Shown here: piece after piece, positions 26,647 to 35,758 of the stretch
How positions within the stretch are numbered: the first letter of the stretch is position 1
Layout: each line of letters begins with the position of its first letter
NCBI GenBank assembly: GCA_012728215.1
Contig: JAAYFO010000111.1
Location: 1-56,086, forward strand
Direction of reading: 5' to 3'
DNA: 56,086 nt
Source: Spirochaetales bacterium
Lineage (GTDB): Bacteria > Spirochaetota > Spirochaetia > Sphaerochaetales > Sphaerochaetaceae
Notes under the pieces: model-generated
The model's database searches: none
What the model was told of the DNA's origin: nothing
The model's input: the letters and a program-made list of their open reading frames with translations, nothing else
Position numbers and translations under genes: made by a program

Positions 26647-27937
26647 TCATCGGGTTTTTCAAGAACTCACTTTTAGGTATTTGGATTTGTTTTTTTTGAC
26701 GGCTGTCGTGAATATATACACCACAGACAATCATCGATCCGATGATGATCAATACACTTGAAAATGGCCAGATGTAGTTCAAGCCAAGATTTTGGCTGAC
26801 AAATCCTGCAATCATCGGGCCGAATGCCGAACCGCTGAACATAATGACCGGCAGCACTGACTGAAAACGGGCTCTATGGGTTATCGGTGTGTTGTTTGCA
26901 ATATAAGGCCGGGAATTGGTCGTCTGAATCACCTCTCCAAGAGTAAAGGCTATGGCAACGATGAAGAACATCCAAGGGGCATTGAGAAGACCTATGAATG
27001 AGAATCCGATCACAAAGAACATTCCAGAGAGCATGACATTCTTCAATGGATTTCCATGATGAAGAAGTGCCACAAGCGGGGCAGTCGAAATCGTGCAGAT
27101 CAGACCATTAAGTGAATTCACAGTGCCGTACAAAGTCGATCCCATCTCTCCGAACCGTCGTACAAGTGTCAGTGGGAGACCAAACAGAACCTGGCTATAT
27201 GCTGTGGAGAAGAACATGATTCCCAAGGCGAACATGAGAAGGCTCTTTCTAGTTGAGAGAGCCTTCCACAATCCACCTTTCTCTGCCTTGTCAGAATCAT
27301 TGGACTCCATGCTTCGTTCAATTCTGGCATTGTCCGGCTTGGATTCGGGAATGAAAACCATCAGAATGATCAACGATATGCTGCTTGCGATTCCGGTTCC
27401 CCAGAATATCCACCTGATAGCCTTGAAGAACAGCACCCCGGCAATCAGTGGCCCGACAATGAATCCCAGGTTTCCAGCCAGATACATCAGGCTGAAGGAA
27501 GCCTGCCGGTTCTCCAATGTGGTGATGTCCTGAGCGATTGCATCACGTGCAGGGTCGCAGATTCCATCGAACACCTCCATCAGAAGAAGAATCCAGAGCA
27601 TGACCTGCCGACCTTCCAGAATTCCGCAGGCGATAAGCACTGCCGTTATCCCAAGCTGGGACAAGAAGACGGTCTTCTTCCGGTCAAACTTGTCGGCAAT
27701 CCTTCCCCCAATGAGAGCACCGGGCACATAACATGTGGCAAGAAGCATTATGAACAGACCCGCACGACCATCAAAGAGCCCGAGACGCACAGTCAGATAA
27801 AGCGTAAGAAACGGATGGACAAAAGCTCCAAGACCATTGATGAAATTGCAGATAAAAAGCATCCAGACAGCTCTAGGCAATCCCTTGTAAAGAGAAAACG
27901 AATCCAATAATCTTGAAAACAACTTATTTGAAGACAT
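26627..27937 (-). CDS. MFS transporter
   Basis: 12-TM-like profile with motif GRIADKFDRKK between TM2 and TM3. The start MSSNKL at 27937 has a GAGGGA Shine-Dalgarno. The track uses a TTG at 27970. Confidence 0.85.
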   Translation of the reverse strand: MSSNKLFSRLLDSFSLYKGLPRAVWMLFICNFINGLGAFVHPFLTLYLTVRLGLFDGRAGLFIMLLATCYVPGALIGGRIADKFDRKKTVFLSQLGITAVLIACGILEGRQVMLWILLLMEVFDGICDPARDAIAQDITTLENRQASFSLMYLAGNLGFIVGPLIAGVLFFKAIRWIFWGTGIASSISLIILMVFIPESKPDNARIERSMESNDSDKAEKGGLWKALSTRKSLLMFALGIMFFSTAYSQVLFGLPLTLVRRFGEMGSTLYGTVNSLNGLICTISTAPLVALLHHGNPLKNVMLSGMFFVIGFSFIGLLNAPWMFFIVAIAFTLGEVIQTTNSRPYIANNTPITHRARFQSVLPVIMFSGSAFGPMIAGFVSQNLGLNYIWPFSSVLIIIGSMIVCGVYIHDSRQKKQIQIPKSEFLKNPMIKSSPS

Positions 27938-27995
27938 CAATGATCCCTCTGCGACTCCTGCAGATTCCAACGCGACCTACGAAAATACCTTTTGC

Positions 27996-28805
27996 CTATT
28001 GAAAGACGAATTTTTCCAGCGCTTCCGCCAGCCCGCATTCCATGCTGGAAGACACCACAGCTGTTGAAGCAGCCTTGACCTCGTTAGGAGCATCTTCCAT
28101 TGCAGCTGAAAAGCCGGACACCTTGAACATCTCGACATCATTGTAATAGTCGCCGACGCTCAGAACCTCACTCTGCCTTATACCCAGAAGCCCACAAAGG
28201 AAAGCGATTCCTGTGCCCTTGCTGACGCCAACCGGGTTGATCTCCATGCAGGAAGACAAAGAATAGGATACTGTTATGTCATTGGCAAAAGCCTTCAGAT
28301 AATCCACAAAGCGATTCAGCTTCGCAGGATCTTCGCTAAGCACAACCAGCTTATGCGGATCATGCTCCTTGAAGTATTCCATGGGAATGTAATGCTGCCC
28401 TTCAACCATCAAGGCCTTGCGTTCAGTCTCATACCAGAAATCATGTGAAGTTGAAAACCATTCCCGCTTGCAGAATGAATGGGTGAAAAGTCCCATCTCA
28501 TCAGCAGTCTCGACAATCTTCAATGCTATCTCACGATCAATCACATGGCTATCAACGATATTTGTCCCTTCAAAGATCAGAGAGCCACCAAGTGTGCACA
28601 CACACCCGTCAGCAGGCAATCCAAGAATGTCGCCATAGTATTTCATGGAATCATAGCTTCGTCCTGAATTCAAGACGAAATAGATCCCCATGTCCAAAGC
28701 CTTTCTGACTGCATCTATGTTCCTCTGCGGAACCTGACCCTTTGATGCATCCAGCAACGTATGGTCGATATCGCTGCAGATCAGTTTGATTTTGTTATTA
28801 GCCAT
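27996..28805 (-). CDS. Cof-type HAD-IIB family phosphatase
   Basis: DIDHTLL motif I, SGR motif II, GDYYNDVEMF motif IV, about 270 aa. Confidence 0.85.
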   Translation of the reverse strand: MANNKIKLICSDIDHTLLDASKGQVPQRNIDAVRKALDMGIYFVLNSGRSYDSMKYYGDILGLPADGCVCTLGGSLIFEGTNIVDSHVIDREIALKIVETADEMGLFTHSFCKREWFSTSHDFWYETERKALMVEGQHYIPMEYFKEHDPHKLVVLSEDPAKLNRFVDYLKAFANDITVSYSLSSCMEINPVGVSKGTGIAFLCGLLGIRQSEVLSVGDYYNDVEMFKVSGFSAAMEDAPNEVKAASTAVVSSSMECGLAEALEKFVFQ

Positions 28806-28832
28806 GCATGTATCTCATCACAAATTGACTGG

Positions 28833-29930
28833 CTAGTCAACAATATCGCCACGGTATACCTTCACAACGGCAACGTCTGCCGCTGTTTTCCAGCTTGAAG
28901 GCTTCCAGCCGGCAATCTTTCTCTGAAGCGCGAACTGTTCGCCAAGCTGCCCGACATAGACAAGAAGAAGAGCCAGCATACCTTTTCCAGCAAGGTCAAG
29001 GCAAAGCATGATCAGGCGGCTCAACCCCATGGTGCAGGCAAGTCCAAGTCCGATTGAAAGGCCATGCTCCAAGGCTCCAAGCGTCACATCAAACTGCCCT
29101 ATGGAGAACAGCACCCTGCCGTAAGGACTGAACAAAGACAGCAGAGAGACCGAGACAATCAGCACAATCGTCCTGACCGGATGAACCTTGCAACGGACTG
29201 CCAAAAGCACAGCCATCGTGAATGCAAGCACCCCACCCTTGTACCACAGGCTGTCAATCATGAAGATGCTGACCATCATCAATCCCATCAGGACAGCTGC
29301 GGCCTTCTTCAGCAGGCTCGATGATCTCCGCTTATCATTGACCACTGAGCCTTGCACAGCAACCTGAGGCTGGGCAGAACAAAAAAGAGATGGGAATTCC
29401 GAGTTTGATACGAATGCATTGGAGGCCAGACCCAGCAGAACAGATGTCACTAGCCCCAGTCCGGCGACAGGAAAGAAGAGCAGCATTGCCTGTCTGCCTA
29501 GAAACAATGTCGCGACAAGGCATTGTGCGGTGTTGCTCGCCAGAGCTCCCGCCACACTCACTCCAAGAAGAGACAGAGAGAATAACCCTTTTCTGTTGAG
29601 AAGAAGAGAAAGCCCATACATCACCAGGCCGCTGGACACGGCAGCGGCAAGCGACAGGACGAAAACGTAAGAAAACAGAGTCCCGCTCACCACAGCCTGG
29701 GATATCAGCTTGAGACCTAGCAGGCATAGGAATCCCGAGAAATCCATGCCCATGGACAATGCCACCAGAAGAGGAAGGTTTGAAAGACCAAGACGGAAGA
29801 ACGGAACAAACCTGGGAATCGAGAGCTCCACCATGGAGAAGAACATGCATGCGGCACCAAGGAAGGCAAGCTGTGATGAAGAGGGATGAATTCTAGAACA
29901 CAATTTCATCAACCTCCTGATCAGAAGCAT
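28833..29930 (-). CDS. Gx transporter family protein (formerly heptaprenyl diphosphate synthase component I) with an extra C-terminal membrane half
   Basis: The N-terminal half has the motif ELSIPRFVPFFRLGLSNLPLLVAL. The C-terminal ~190 aa resembles the N-terminal half of the EcfT encoded at 16306-17061 (LFSPYGRVLFSIGQFDVTLGALEHGL versus LLSPVSNREGTPLLEIGNFVVITLEGMENL). The start is uncertain (29930 or 29909). Confidence 0.7.
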   Translation of the reverse strand: MLLIRRLMKLCSRIHPSSSQLAFLGAACMFFSMVELSIPRFVPFFRLGLSNLPLLVALSMGMDFSGFLCLLGLKLISQAVVSGTLFSYVFVLSLAAAVSSGLVMYGLSLLLNRKGLFSLSLLGVSVAGALASNTAQCLVATLFLGRQAMLLFFPVAGLGLVTSVLLGLASNAFVSNSEFPSLFCSAQPQVAVQGSVVNDKRRSSSLLKKAAAVLMGLMMVSIFMIDSLWYKGGVLAFTMAVLLAVRCKVHPVRTIVLIVSVSLLSLFSPYGRVLFSIGQFDVTLGALEHGLSIGLGLACTMGLSRLIMLCLDLAGKGMLALLLVYVGQLGEQFALQRKIAGWKPSSWKTAADVAVVKVYRGDIVD

Positions 29931-30282
29931 CGACTGAAGACGAAAGACTCACCATCACTCCGTTGGGCAGGCAGGCAATGAAATCACTCGCATTGGAGAC
30001 AGCCCCATGAAGACATGTCTGATTGTTACATGGCGAGCTGATGAATCTGATCTTTCCATCCTGTATGCTGAGCACACTCTTTCCAATCGTTCCATCTACC
30101 GTAACTGTCCTATCCTCATTCAGTGGATAGACCAGGTTTTCAGAAGGAGTGCTGATGTGAACCATGTCGTTCTTTCCACCATGCAGTCCATCGCCGAGTA
30201 TGCCAAGACTTATCACAATGAATATTGCGACTGCCAGAACAATCAGAATTATATCTCCATTGCGTATTCCATTTCTTGACAT
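29893..30282 (-). CDS. NusG domain II-containing protein (DUF1312), membrane anchored
   Basis: N-terminal TM followed by SIQDGKIRFISSPCNNQTCLHGAVSNASDFIACLPNGV, as in stand-alone NusG_II proteins. Start MSRNG at 30282. The track uses a GTG at 30306. Confidence 0.75.
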   Translation of the reverse strand: MSRNGIRNGDIILIVLAVAIFIVISLGILGDGLHGGKNDMVHISTPSENLVYPLNEDRTVTVDGTIGKSVLSIQDGKIRFISSPCNNQTCLHGAVSNASDFIACLPNGVMVSLSSSVDASDQEVDEIVF

Positions 30283-30288
30283 GAAGCC

Positions 30289-30297
30289 ATTGTAACA
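30289..30297 (-). promoter_or_regulatory. Extended -10 box 6 nt upstream of the NusG_II ATG (leaderless candidate)
   Basis: On the minus strand: TGtTACAAT, then ggcttc, then ATG at 30282. No Shine-Dalgarno. Confidence 0.4.
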
Positions 30298-30396
30298 CCT
30301 AAGCACAGAGAAATGAAATATGTATTTGTATGAAGTTTACAAGCTGCTTCATGTACACACTGGACTGAAATGCCGTAGAAAGTTACATTCTAAAGC

Positions 30397-31110
30397 ATGA
30401 AGCAGATATATATAGTTGAAGACCATAAAGCCATTTCTGACGGAGTATCTCAGTATCTTCAGATTGCCGGATACGAGGCACATGTGTTTGCTGACATAAC
30501 ATCCGTGAAGAAAGCACTTGAAACCGACACACCTGACCTGATTCTCCAGGACGTGATGCTTCCCGACGGCGATGGCTTCGAGTTCATCAAGAATCTCAAG
30601 AAGCACAAGGACATACCAGTGATATTCATGACTGCCAAGATAACCGAGAGTGACCGTATAACCGGATTCGAACTCGGAGCAGACGACTATATCACCAAGC
30701 CTTTCTCACCGCGTGAACTAGTTCTACGCGTCCAGGCGCTTTTCAGACGTCTCGACAGCAAGGAAGAATCTCAATCGGCACTTCATGTCGTATACTGTGC
30801 CGGTGACGCCCAGCTGGATTACGATGCCTATCAGCATCAGCTGTCCGTAGATGGCAATCCTGTGTATTTCACTGCCGCAGAATGGCGAATCATCGAATGC
30901 CTCATAAACGCAACCCCGAAACTCGTGACCAGAGCGAGCATACTTGAAGAATGCTTCGACTACTCATTTGAATCATATGAAAGAATAGTGGATACACACA
31001 TCAAGAACATCAGGGCGAAACTCGGAATACAGAACCACTGGATAGAAACTGTGCGAGGTTACGGCTACAGATTCATTGGATATGCAAAGAAAGAGGAATC
31101 CAAAGGCTAG
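30397..31110 (+). CDS. OmpR-family response regulator
   Basis: Receiver domain (LILQDVMLPDGDG, MTAK) plus winged-helix output (VRGYGYRF). Confidence 0.9.
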   Translation: MKQIYIVEDHKAISDGVSQYLQIAGYEAHVFADITSVKKALETDTPDLILQDVMLPDGDGFEFIKNLKKHKDIPVIFMTAKITESDRITGFELGADDYITKPFSPRELVLRVQALFRRLDSKEESQSALHVVYCAGDAQLDYDAYQHQLSVDGNPVYFTAAEWRIIECLINATPKLVTRASILEECFDYSFESYERIVDTHIKNIRAKLGIQNHWIETVRGYGYRFIGYAKKEESKG

Positions 31111-31113
31111 ACT

Positions 31114-32595
31114 ATGAAACGGCTTTTCTTCACATCGCTGATCACAATAGTCTCAATAACCATCATCATAATCCTGATAGTGGGAGTATCCCTCTCATTC
31201 AGATATGGCAAGGTAGAGAAACAGTGGAGGGAAGAAGCCTACAACGACTACATCTCATATCTTTCCAGCCAGCTGACACCCGAGAAGGTCATAGGCATAG
31301 AAACCTCGCCTTCCAGTCTCAGAGTGAATCTGCAGTCATTTCCCAACGATCGAATCACTGGACTGTTCTTCCACAGCAGCATGAACAGCACGTCATTCGC
31401 CATAGGCAAGACCCCTCAGGGATTCAGCATCGCTTCCGATCTGGATTCCGCCGCGAAGCAGAACAGGGCGTTGATCAAGATCAGTCAGCAGGAGCAGACT
31501 GAAGTCACCGACACCCTCTTCGACATCACATTCAATGGAAGCTCCATGAGCGTTGACACCATCGTGGACAAGGTTCAGCTTGACTTCGTGCTTCCTGATA
31601 ACCTGAGCTCCAATGACATAGCAGGAAGTGCGACTTTCAGAATCAACGGGACGGTTTTCGGCTCAGTGTTCGTCATCACCCACACCCCGATGACATACTC
31701 ATACTCAAGTGCTGTAATCAGCGGAGCGATAACGGTTCTGCTGTGGAGCATTCCATTCGCACTCATCGTCTCTCTTGTGATTGCCTGGATATATTCCTAC
31801 AAGAACACCAAGATGGTCAGTTCCATCAAGGCCTCGCTTCAGGCCCTTACAAACCCCAGCCATGAGAAGCTGACCTTCCCAAAGAATTCCATTCCTTTCA
31901 TAGCTCAGATATTTGACTCGATCGGCGAATTGGATGACACTCTGTCACAGAACCAGCGCAACCGAAGCGAATGGCTCCGTACGATATCCCATGATCTCAA
32001 CACGCCTGTGGCATCCTTGAAGATCACTCTGGAAGGCATTCAGGACAAGGTTTTCTCTCCTGACGACCCCAAGGTCATAGCGACTCTCTGCGAAGAGACC
32101 TCCGTGCTCGAAAAAAGGATTCAGTCCATCATCGAATTCTCCCGGCTCCAGACTCTCAAGACCATCGACATAGAGGAGATTTCTTCTGAAAGCTTCATTT
32201 CTGAAGTCACCAATCTGCTTCCTGCGAAATTCACTTCCAATCTTGTGATCACATGTCATGCCGATTCGTTCAGAGGAGACCGGCGCCTGCTGCAAAGAGC
32301 ATGCTATGAGCTCCTGAAAAACTGCATGGCTGCAGATTCAAACGGTGAAAACACAATCTGGTCCATCGATTCAGACGAAAGCACCATAATCATGAAATTC
32401 TCAAACCCAGGAAAGCTTGCAGGCAACATCGACTTCTTCGAACCATGGTCACGTGGCGACTGGTCCAGGGAAGAAGGAGGATCGGGCATGGGACTTCCAA
32501 TCATCTCCCGCATTATCGCTCTTCATCATGGAAAGGCGACTTTGCTTCAGAACAATCAGGATACAGTCACTGCAACCATTTTTTGGCCGCTTTGA
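31114..32595 (+). CDS. Sensor histidine kinase
   Basis: Two TM segments flank an extracytoplasmic region of ~170 aa. H box ISHDLNTPV. G box in the HATPase domain GGSGMGLPI. Confidence 0.9.
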   Translation: MKRLFFTSLITIVSITIIIILIVGVSLSFRYGKVEKQWREEAYNDYISYLSSQLTPEKVIGIETSPSSLRVNLQSFPNDRITGLFFHSSMNSTSFAIGKTPQGFSIASDLDSAAKQNRALIKISQQEQTEVTDTLFDITFNGSSMSVDTIVDKVQLDFVLPDNLSSNDIAGSATFRINGTVFGSVFVITHTPMTYSYSSAVISGAITVLLWSIPFALIVSLVIAWIYSYKNTKMVSSIKASLQALTNPSHEKLTFPKNSIPFIAQIFDSIGELDDTLSQNQRNRSEWLRTISHDLNTPVASLKITLEGIQDKVFSPDDPKVIATLCEETSVLEKRIQSIIEFSRLQTLKTIDIEEISSESFISEVTNLLPAKFTSNLVITCHADSFRGDRRLLQRACYELLKNCMAADSNGENTIWSIDSDESTIIMKFSNPGKLAGNIDFFEPWSRGDWSREEGGSGMGLPIISRIIALHHGKATLLQNNQDTVTATIFWPL

Positions 32596-32696
32596 CAAAA
32601 GCTCTCCTGATTCTGTTCCCTCAATTTGATTCTCAGGCTAGAAAAAAAGAAAAACCAGTAGTATAGTATGCAGACATTGAATAAGGAGCCTATACC

Positions 32697-33572
32697 ATGG
32701 AAACAAGTGAAAAAGTCAGGAAGCTGATCCTTCAGATGCAGAGCAACGAGCTCACTGAGCACCATATATACAGCAGAATAGCAGCAAGGATGAAGGACGG
32801 CGAGAATAGAAAAATTCTTCAGACCATAGCCGACGATGAAAAAAGACACAGCGAAGTCTGGAAATCATACACCAGGACCGAGGCTAAGGTACAATGGGGA
32901 AAGGTCAGATGGCTCTCGTTTCTTTCCAGACTGCTGGGATTCTCATTTGTGTTGAAGAAGATGGAAGGCGGCGAAGAGCTTGCCCAGAAGAACTATTCCA
33001 TCGTGGAGAAGGAAGTCCCTCAGGTCAGGGCTATCATCGATGATGAGAACCGTCATGAGCATGAGCTTCTCCAGCTTCTGGATGAGGAACGGCTTCAGTA
33101 TGTCGGGTCAATGGTTCTCGGGCTTAGCGATGCACTGGTGGAACTGTCCGGAACTCTTGCCGGCCTCACATTCGCACTTCAGAACACCAGGCTCACAGCA
33201 CTTAGCGGTCTTATCACAGGAATATCGGCGACATTGTCCATGGCTTCAAGTGAATATCTTTCAGCCAAGAATGAAGGACGCAAGGACGCTCTCAAGAGCT
33301 GCACCTACACTGGCACTGCATATGTTTTGACTGTTGTCTGCATGATTCTTCCATATCTTCTTCTGCCAAACAAGGATTACATGATAGCACTTGCCATCAT
33401 GCTCTGCACGGTTGTACTGATCATCCTTGGATTCACCTACTACATCTCGGTGGCCAAGGAAGTTCCGTTTGGAAAACGGTTTGGAGAAATGGCAGGGATA
33501 TCTCTGGGAGTGGCGGCCTTGAGCTTCGTGATCGGCATTCTGGTCAAGAAGTTTCTGGGAATCGATATCTGA
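32697..33572 (+). CDS. VIT1/CCC1 family metal transporter with an N-terminal ferritin/rubrerythrin-like domain
   Basis: E-x-x-H motifs (ELTEHHIY, DEKRHSEVW, ENRHEHEL), then VIT1 TM region (GLSDALVELSGTLAG). AAGGAG Shine-Dalgarno. Confidence 0.8.
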   Translation: METSEKVRKLILQMQSNELTEHHIYSRIAARMKDGENRKILQTIADDEKRHSEVWKSYTRTEAKVQWGKVRWLSFLSRLLGFSFVLKKMEGGEELAQKNYSIVEKEVPQVRAIIDDENRHEHELLQLLDEERLQYVGSMVLGLSDALVELSGTLAGLTFALQNTRLTALSGLITGISATLSMASSEYLSAKNEGRKDALKSCTYTGTAYVLTVVCMILPYLLLPNKDYMIALAIMLCTVVLIILGFTYYISVAKEVPFGKRFGEMAGISLGVAALSFVIGILVKKFLGIDI

Positions 33573-33596
33573 TGTTCTATCTGACAGGAGATGGCA

Positions 33597-33881
33597 ATGG
33601 ACAATCTTGATGAATTGATAAGTATTTTCTCGAAGACTTCCGATTCCAGGACTATGAGAAAGCTCTTTGAGGAGCTTCTCACCGGCAGTGAACTAAACGA
33701 CATCAGCAAGCGCTGGTATCTGATGAAGGAGCTTTACCAGGGGAAGCCACAGCGCAAGATTGCTGAGGAAATGGAAATATCCCTCTGCAAAATCACAAGG
33801 GGGTCAAAGATTCTCAAGCAGGACAACTCTGAATTCAGAAGAATTCTCAGTGAGATGTTTGACGATCAATATCATATCTGA
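33597..33881 (+). CDS. TrpR-like / YerC-YecD family small DNA-binding protein
   Basis: LLTGSELNDISKRWYLMKELYQGKPQRKIAEEMEISLCKITRGSKILK matches the TrpR family HTH. AGGAG lies 7 nt before the ATG at 33597. An alternative ATG is at 33591. Confidence 0.75.
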   Translation: MDNLDELISIFSKTSDSRTMRKLFEELLTGSELNDISKRWYLMKELYQGKPQRKIAEEMEISLCKITRGSKILKQDNSEFRRILSEMFDDQYHI

Positions 33882-34897
33882 TGAAGAAGAAAATAATACA
33901 GATTGCAATAATCGCTACAGGACTCACTGCCCTGATTGCATATGTCTTCAAGAAGGAGGGAGTGCGTCAGCTGTGGGACAAGCTGTGCTCGGTTGATTAC
34001 TGGTACGTGACATTGGCACTGCTGTGCATGATCGCATCCCTGATCTTCGACGGAATCTGCATCCACATAGTCAGACTGAAGTTTCAGCCAGAAGCAGGAC
34101 TGTGTTCATCAATGCAGTGCGGATTCATCAGCACTGCACTGGGATACGTGACGCCTTTCCAGGCTGGATATGTAGCTGGAGCCATCGCATACCTTTCATC
34201 CAATCAGGGGATGAAACCTTCCGATGCCAGTGTCGTCACCCTTGTGAAGCTGATCTACTACACCATAGCGGCAATAGTGACCCATGTCATTCTGATCATA
34301 TTCAACGCCAGTCAGTTTGATTTCGCTCCGATAATCTGGGTAATCACTGCTGTGGGAATCGGTTTTTCCGTGATATACATGCTGTTTTTGATGATGGTGT
34401 CAAAATTTCAGAAACCGATTGCCGCAATAGCCGTTGCATTGTTTAGGTTTGCTGGCAGACTCCACATCATCAAGCATCAGGACAGGCTTTCATGGAAGGC
34501 CAAGGTGGAAATTCACAATCTCAAGACCAAGCTTTCAAGGATTCATCTGGGGTTCAAGTCCTCGTGTCTTCTGATGCTCGCCTGCATAGGATCCTTCATG
34601 GCTGTATATTTCGTGTCATGGTTCATCTATCTTTCATTCCACCCTTCCAGTCAACTCAGCCTGGGCTATGTGCTCACAGGCAATGTGATATGCCAGGTGA
34701 TTCAGCAGATATCACCGATACCAGGCGGAATCGGAATCGTAGATACTGCGTTCACCCAGATAATGAACAGAATCTATGGGTCCAATCTGAACGTGGCGAT
34801 GCTCCTTTGGCGGATTGCAAGCCTGTACATGGTGATTCTCATCGGATTAATAATTCTGACTTTCTCAAAAAAACGGCAAGACAAGGCCCTGCACTGA
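33881..34897 (+). CDS. Lysylphosphatidylglycerol synthase TM-region-like (UPF0104, flippase-like) membrane protein
   Basis: Polytopic protein with the PIPGGIGIVD motif. Its start overlaps the upstream stop (TGATG). Confidence 0.75.
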   Translation: MKKKIIQIAIIATGLTALIAYVFKKEGVRQLWDKLCSVDYWYVTLALLCMIASLIFDGICIHIVRLKFQPEAGLCSSMQCGFISTALGYVTPFQAGYVAGAIAYLSSNQGMKPSDASVVTLVKLIYYTIAAIVTHVILIIFNASQFDFAPIIWVITAVGIGFSVIYMLFLMMVSKFQKPIAAIAVALFRFAGRLHIIKHQDRLSWKAKVEIHNLKTKLSRIHLGFKSSCLLMLACIGSFMAVYFVSWFIYLSFHPSSQLSLGYVLTGNVICQVIQQISPIPGGIGIVDTAFTQIMNRIYGSNLNVAMLLWRIASLYMVILIGLIILTFSKKRQDKALH

Positions 34898-35051
34898 AAC
34901 TGATTGAATATTTGCACTGATTACTTTCTCAAAACTGCTGGCAGACAAGCGGTTTTGGTAGTATATTCAACTATGTGCACTTCCGCAGAATGACGGAATC
35001 CACGATGAGCGAAACATTCTGACGAAAGACAAGGCACAAAGGAGCAGCTCT

Positions 35052-35456
35052 ATGGCAGAAACAGTATTCAGCAAGATAATCAAGGGAGAGATTCCATCCA
35101 CCAGGCTTTATGAAGATGAAATCTGCATAGTGATACTGGATGTCAACCCCGTGTCCAAAGGCCATTCGCTTGTGATATGCAAGCAGGAGCTTGCCACATT
35201 GCAGCAGGTGCCTGACTCTACAATCTCCCATATGATCCTCGTCGCAAAGAAAGTCGATGCGAAGCTGAGGGAAATCCTCCACTGCGATGCAACCAACATA
35301 ATGATCAACAACGGTCCCGCCGCAGGACAGGCTGTGCCTCAGCTGCACATTCATGTGATACCCCGATACAACAATGACCGAAAGAAACTTGAACTTGTCC
35401 ATGACAGTTACACTGAAGACGAGATGAAGGAACTGGGAAGGAGGCTTGCATTATGA
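35052..35456 (+). CDS. HIT family protein
   Basis: Histidine triad QLHIHVIPR and the N-terminus FSKIIKGEIPS. AAAGGAG Shine-Dalgarno. Confidence 0.9.
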   Translation: MAETVFSKIIKGEIPSTRLYEDEICIVILDVNPVSKGHSLVICKQELATLQQVPDSTISHMILVAKKVDAKLREILHCDATNIMINNGPAAGQAVPQLHIHVIPRYNNDRKKLELVHDSYTEDEMKELGRRLAL

Positions 35457-35731
35457 TGAAATGCCCTTATTGTGGAACTCCGATCGAAGATTCCATTCAT
35501 CATGCCACAGTGTGTCCGAACTGCAGAAAGGAGCTTCATACCTGCGAAGCCTGCAGATTCCACCATTTGGGAAGTCACTATGACTGTCTCGAGGATACAG
35601 ATGAACTGGTCCAGGACAAGAACATGGCGAACTACTGTGAGAGCTACAGCCTCTCCGAGCAAAGGATAGCTGCACGAAAGACAGATAGGGAAAAGGACAG
35701 AGCCGCATTCGACGCCCTTTTCAAGCTGTAG
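35453..35731 (+). CDS. Small cysteine-rich zinc-ribbon-like protein
   Basis: CPYCG...CPNC...CEAC plus further Cys/His residues. ATGA overlap with the HIT gene. Confidence 0.6.
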   Translation: MMKCPYCGTPIEDSIHHATVCPNCRKELHTCEACRFHHLGSHYDCLEDTDELVQDKNMANYCESYSLSEQRIAARKTDREKDRAAFDALFKL

Positions 35732-35758
35732 AGCAATAATAACCGTATCTCCTGTACT

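Noticed and set aside
34939-34964. TGGCAG motif upstream of the HIT gene as a sigma-54 promoter
   Set aside because: The -12 element is missing: CGGT is present where TTGC is expected after N5. The region is better explained by an extended -10 sigma-70 box, TGgTAGTAT (34956-34964).
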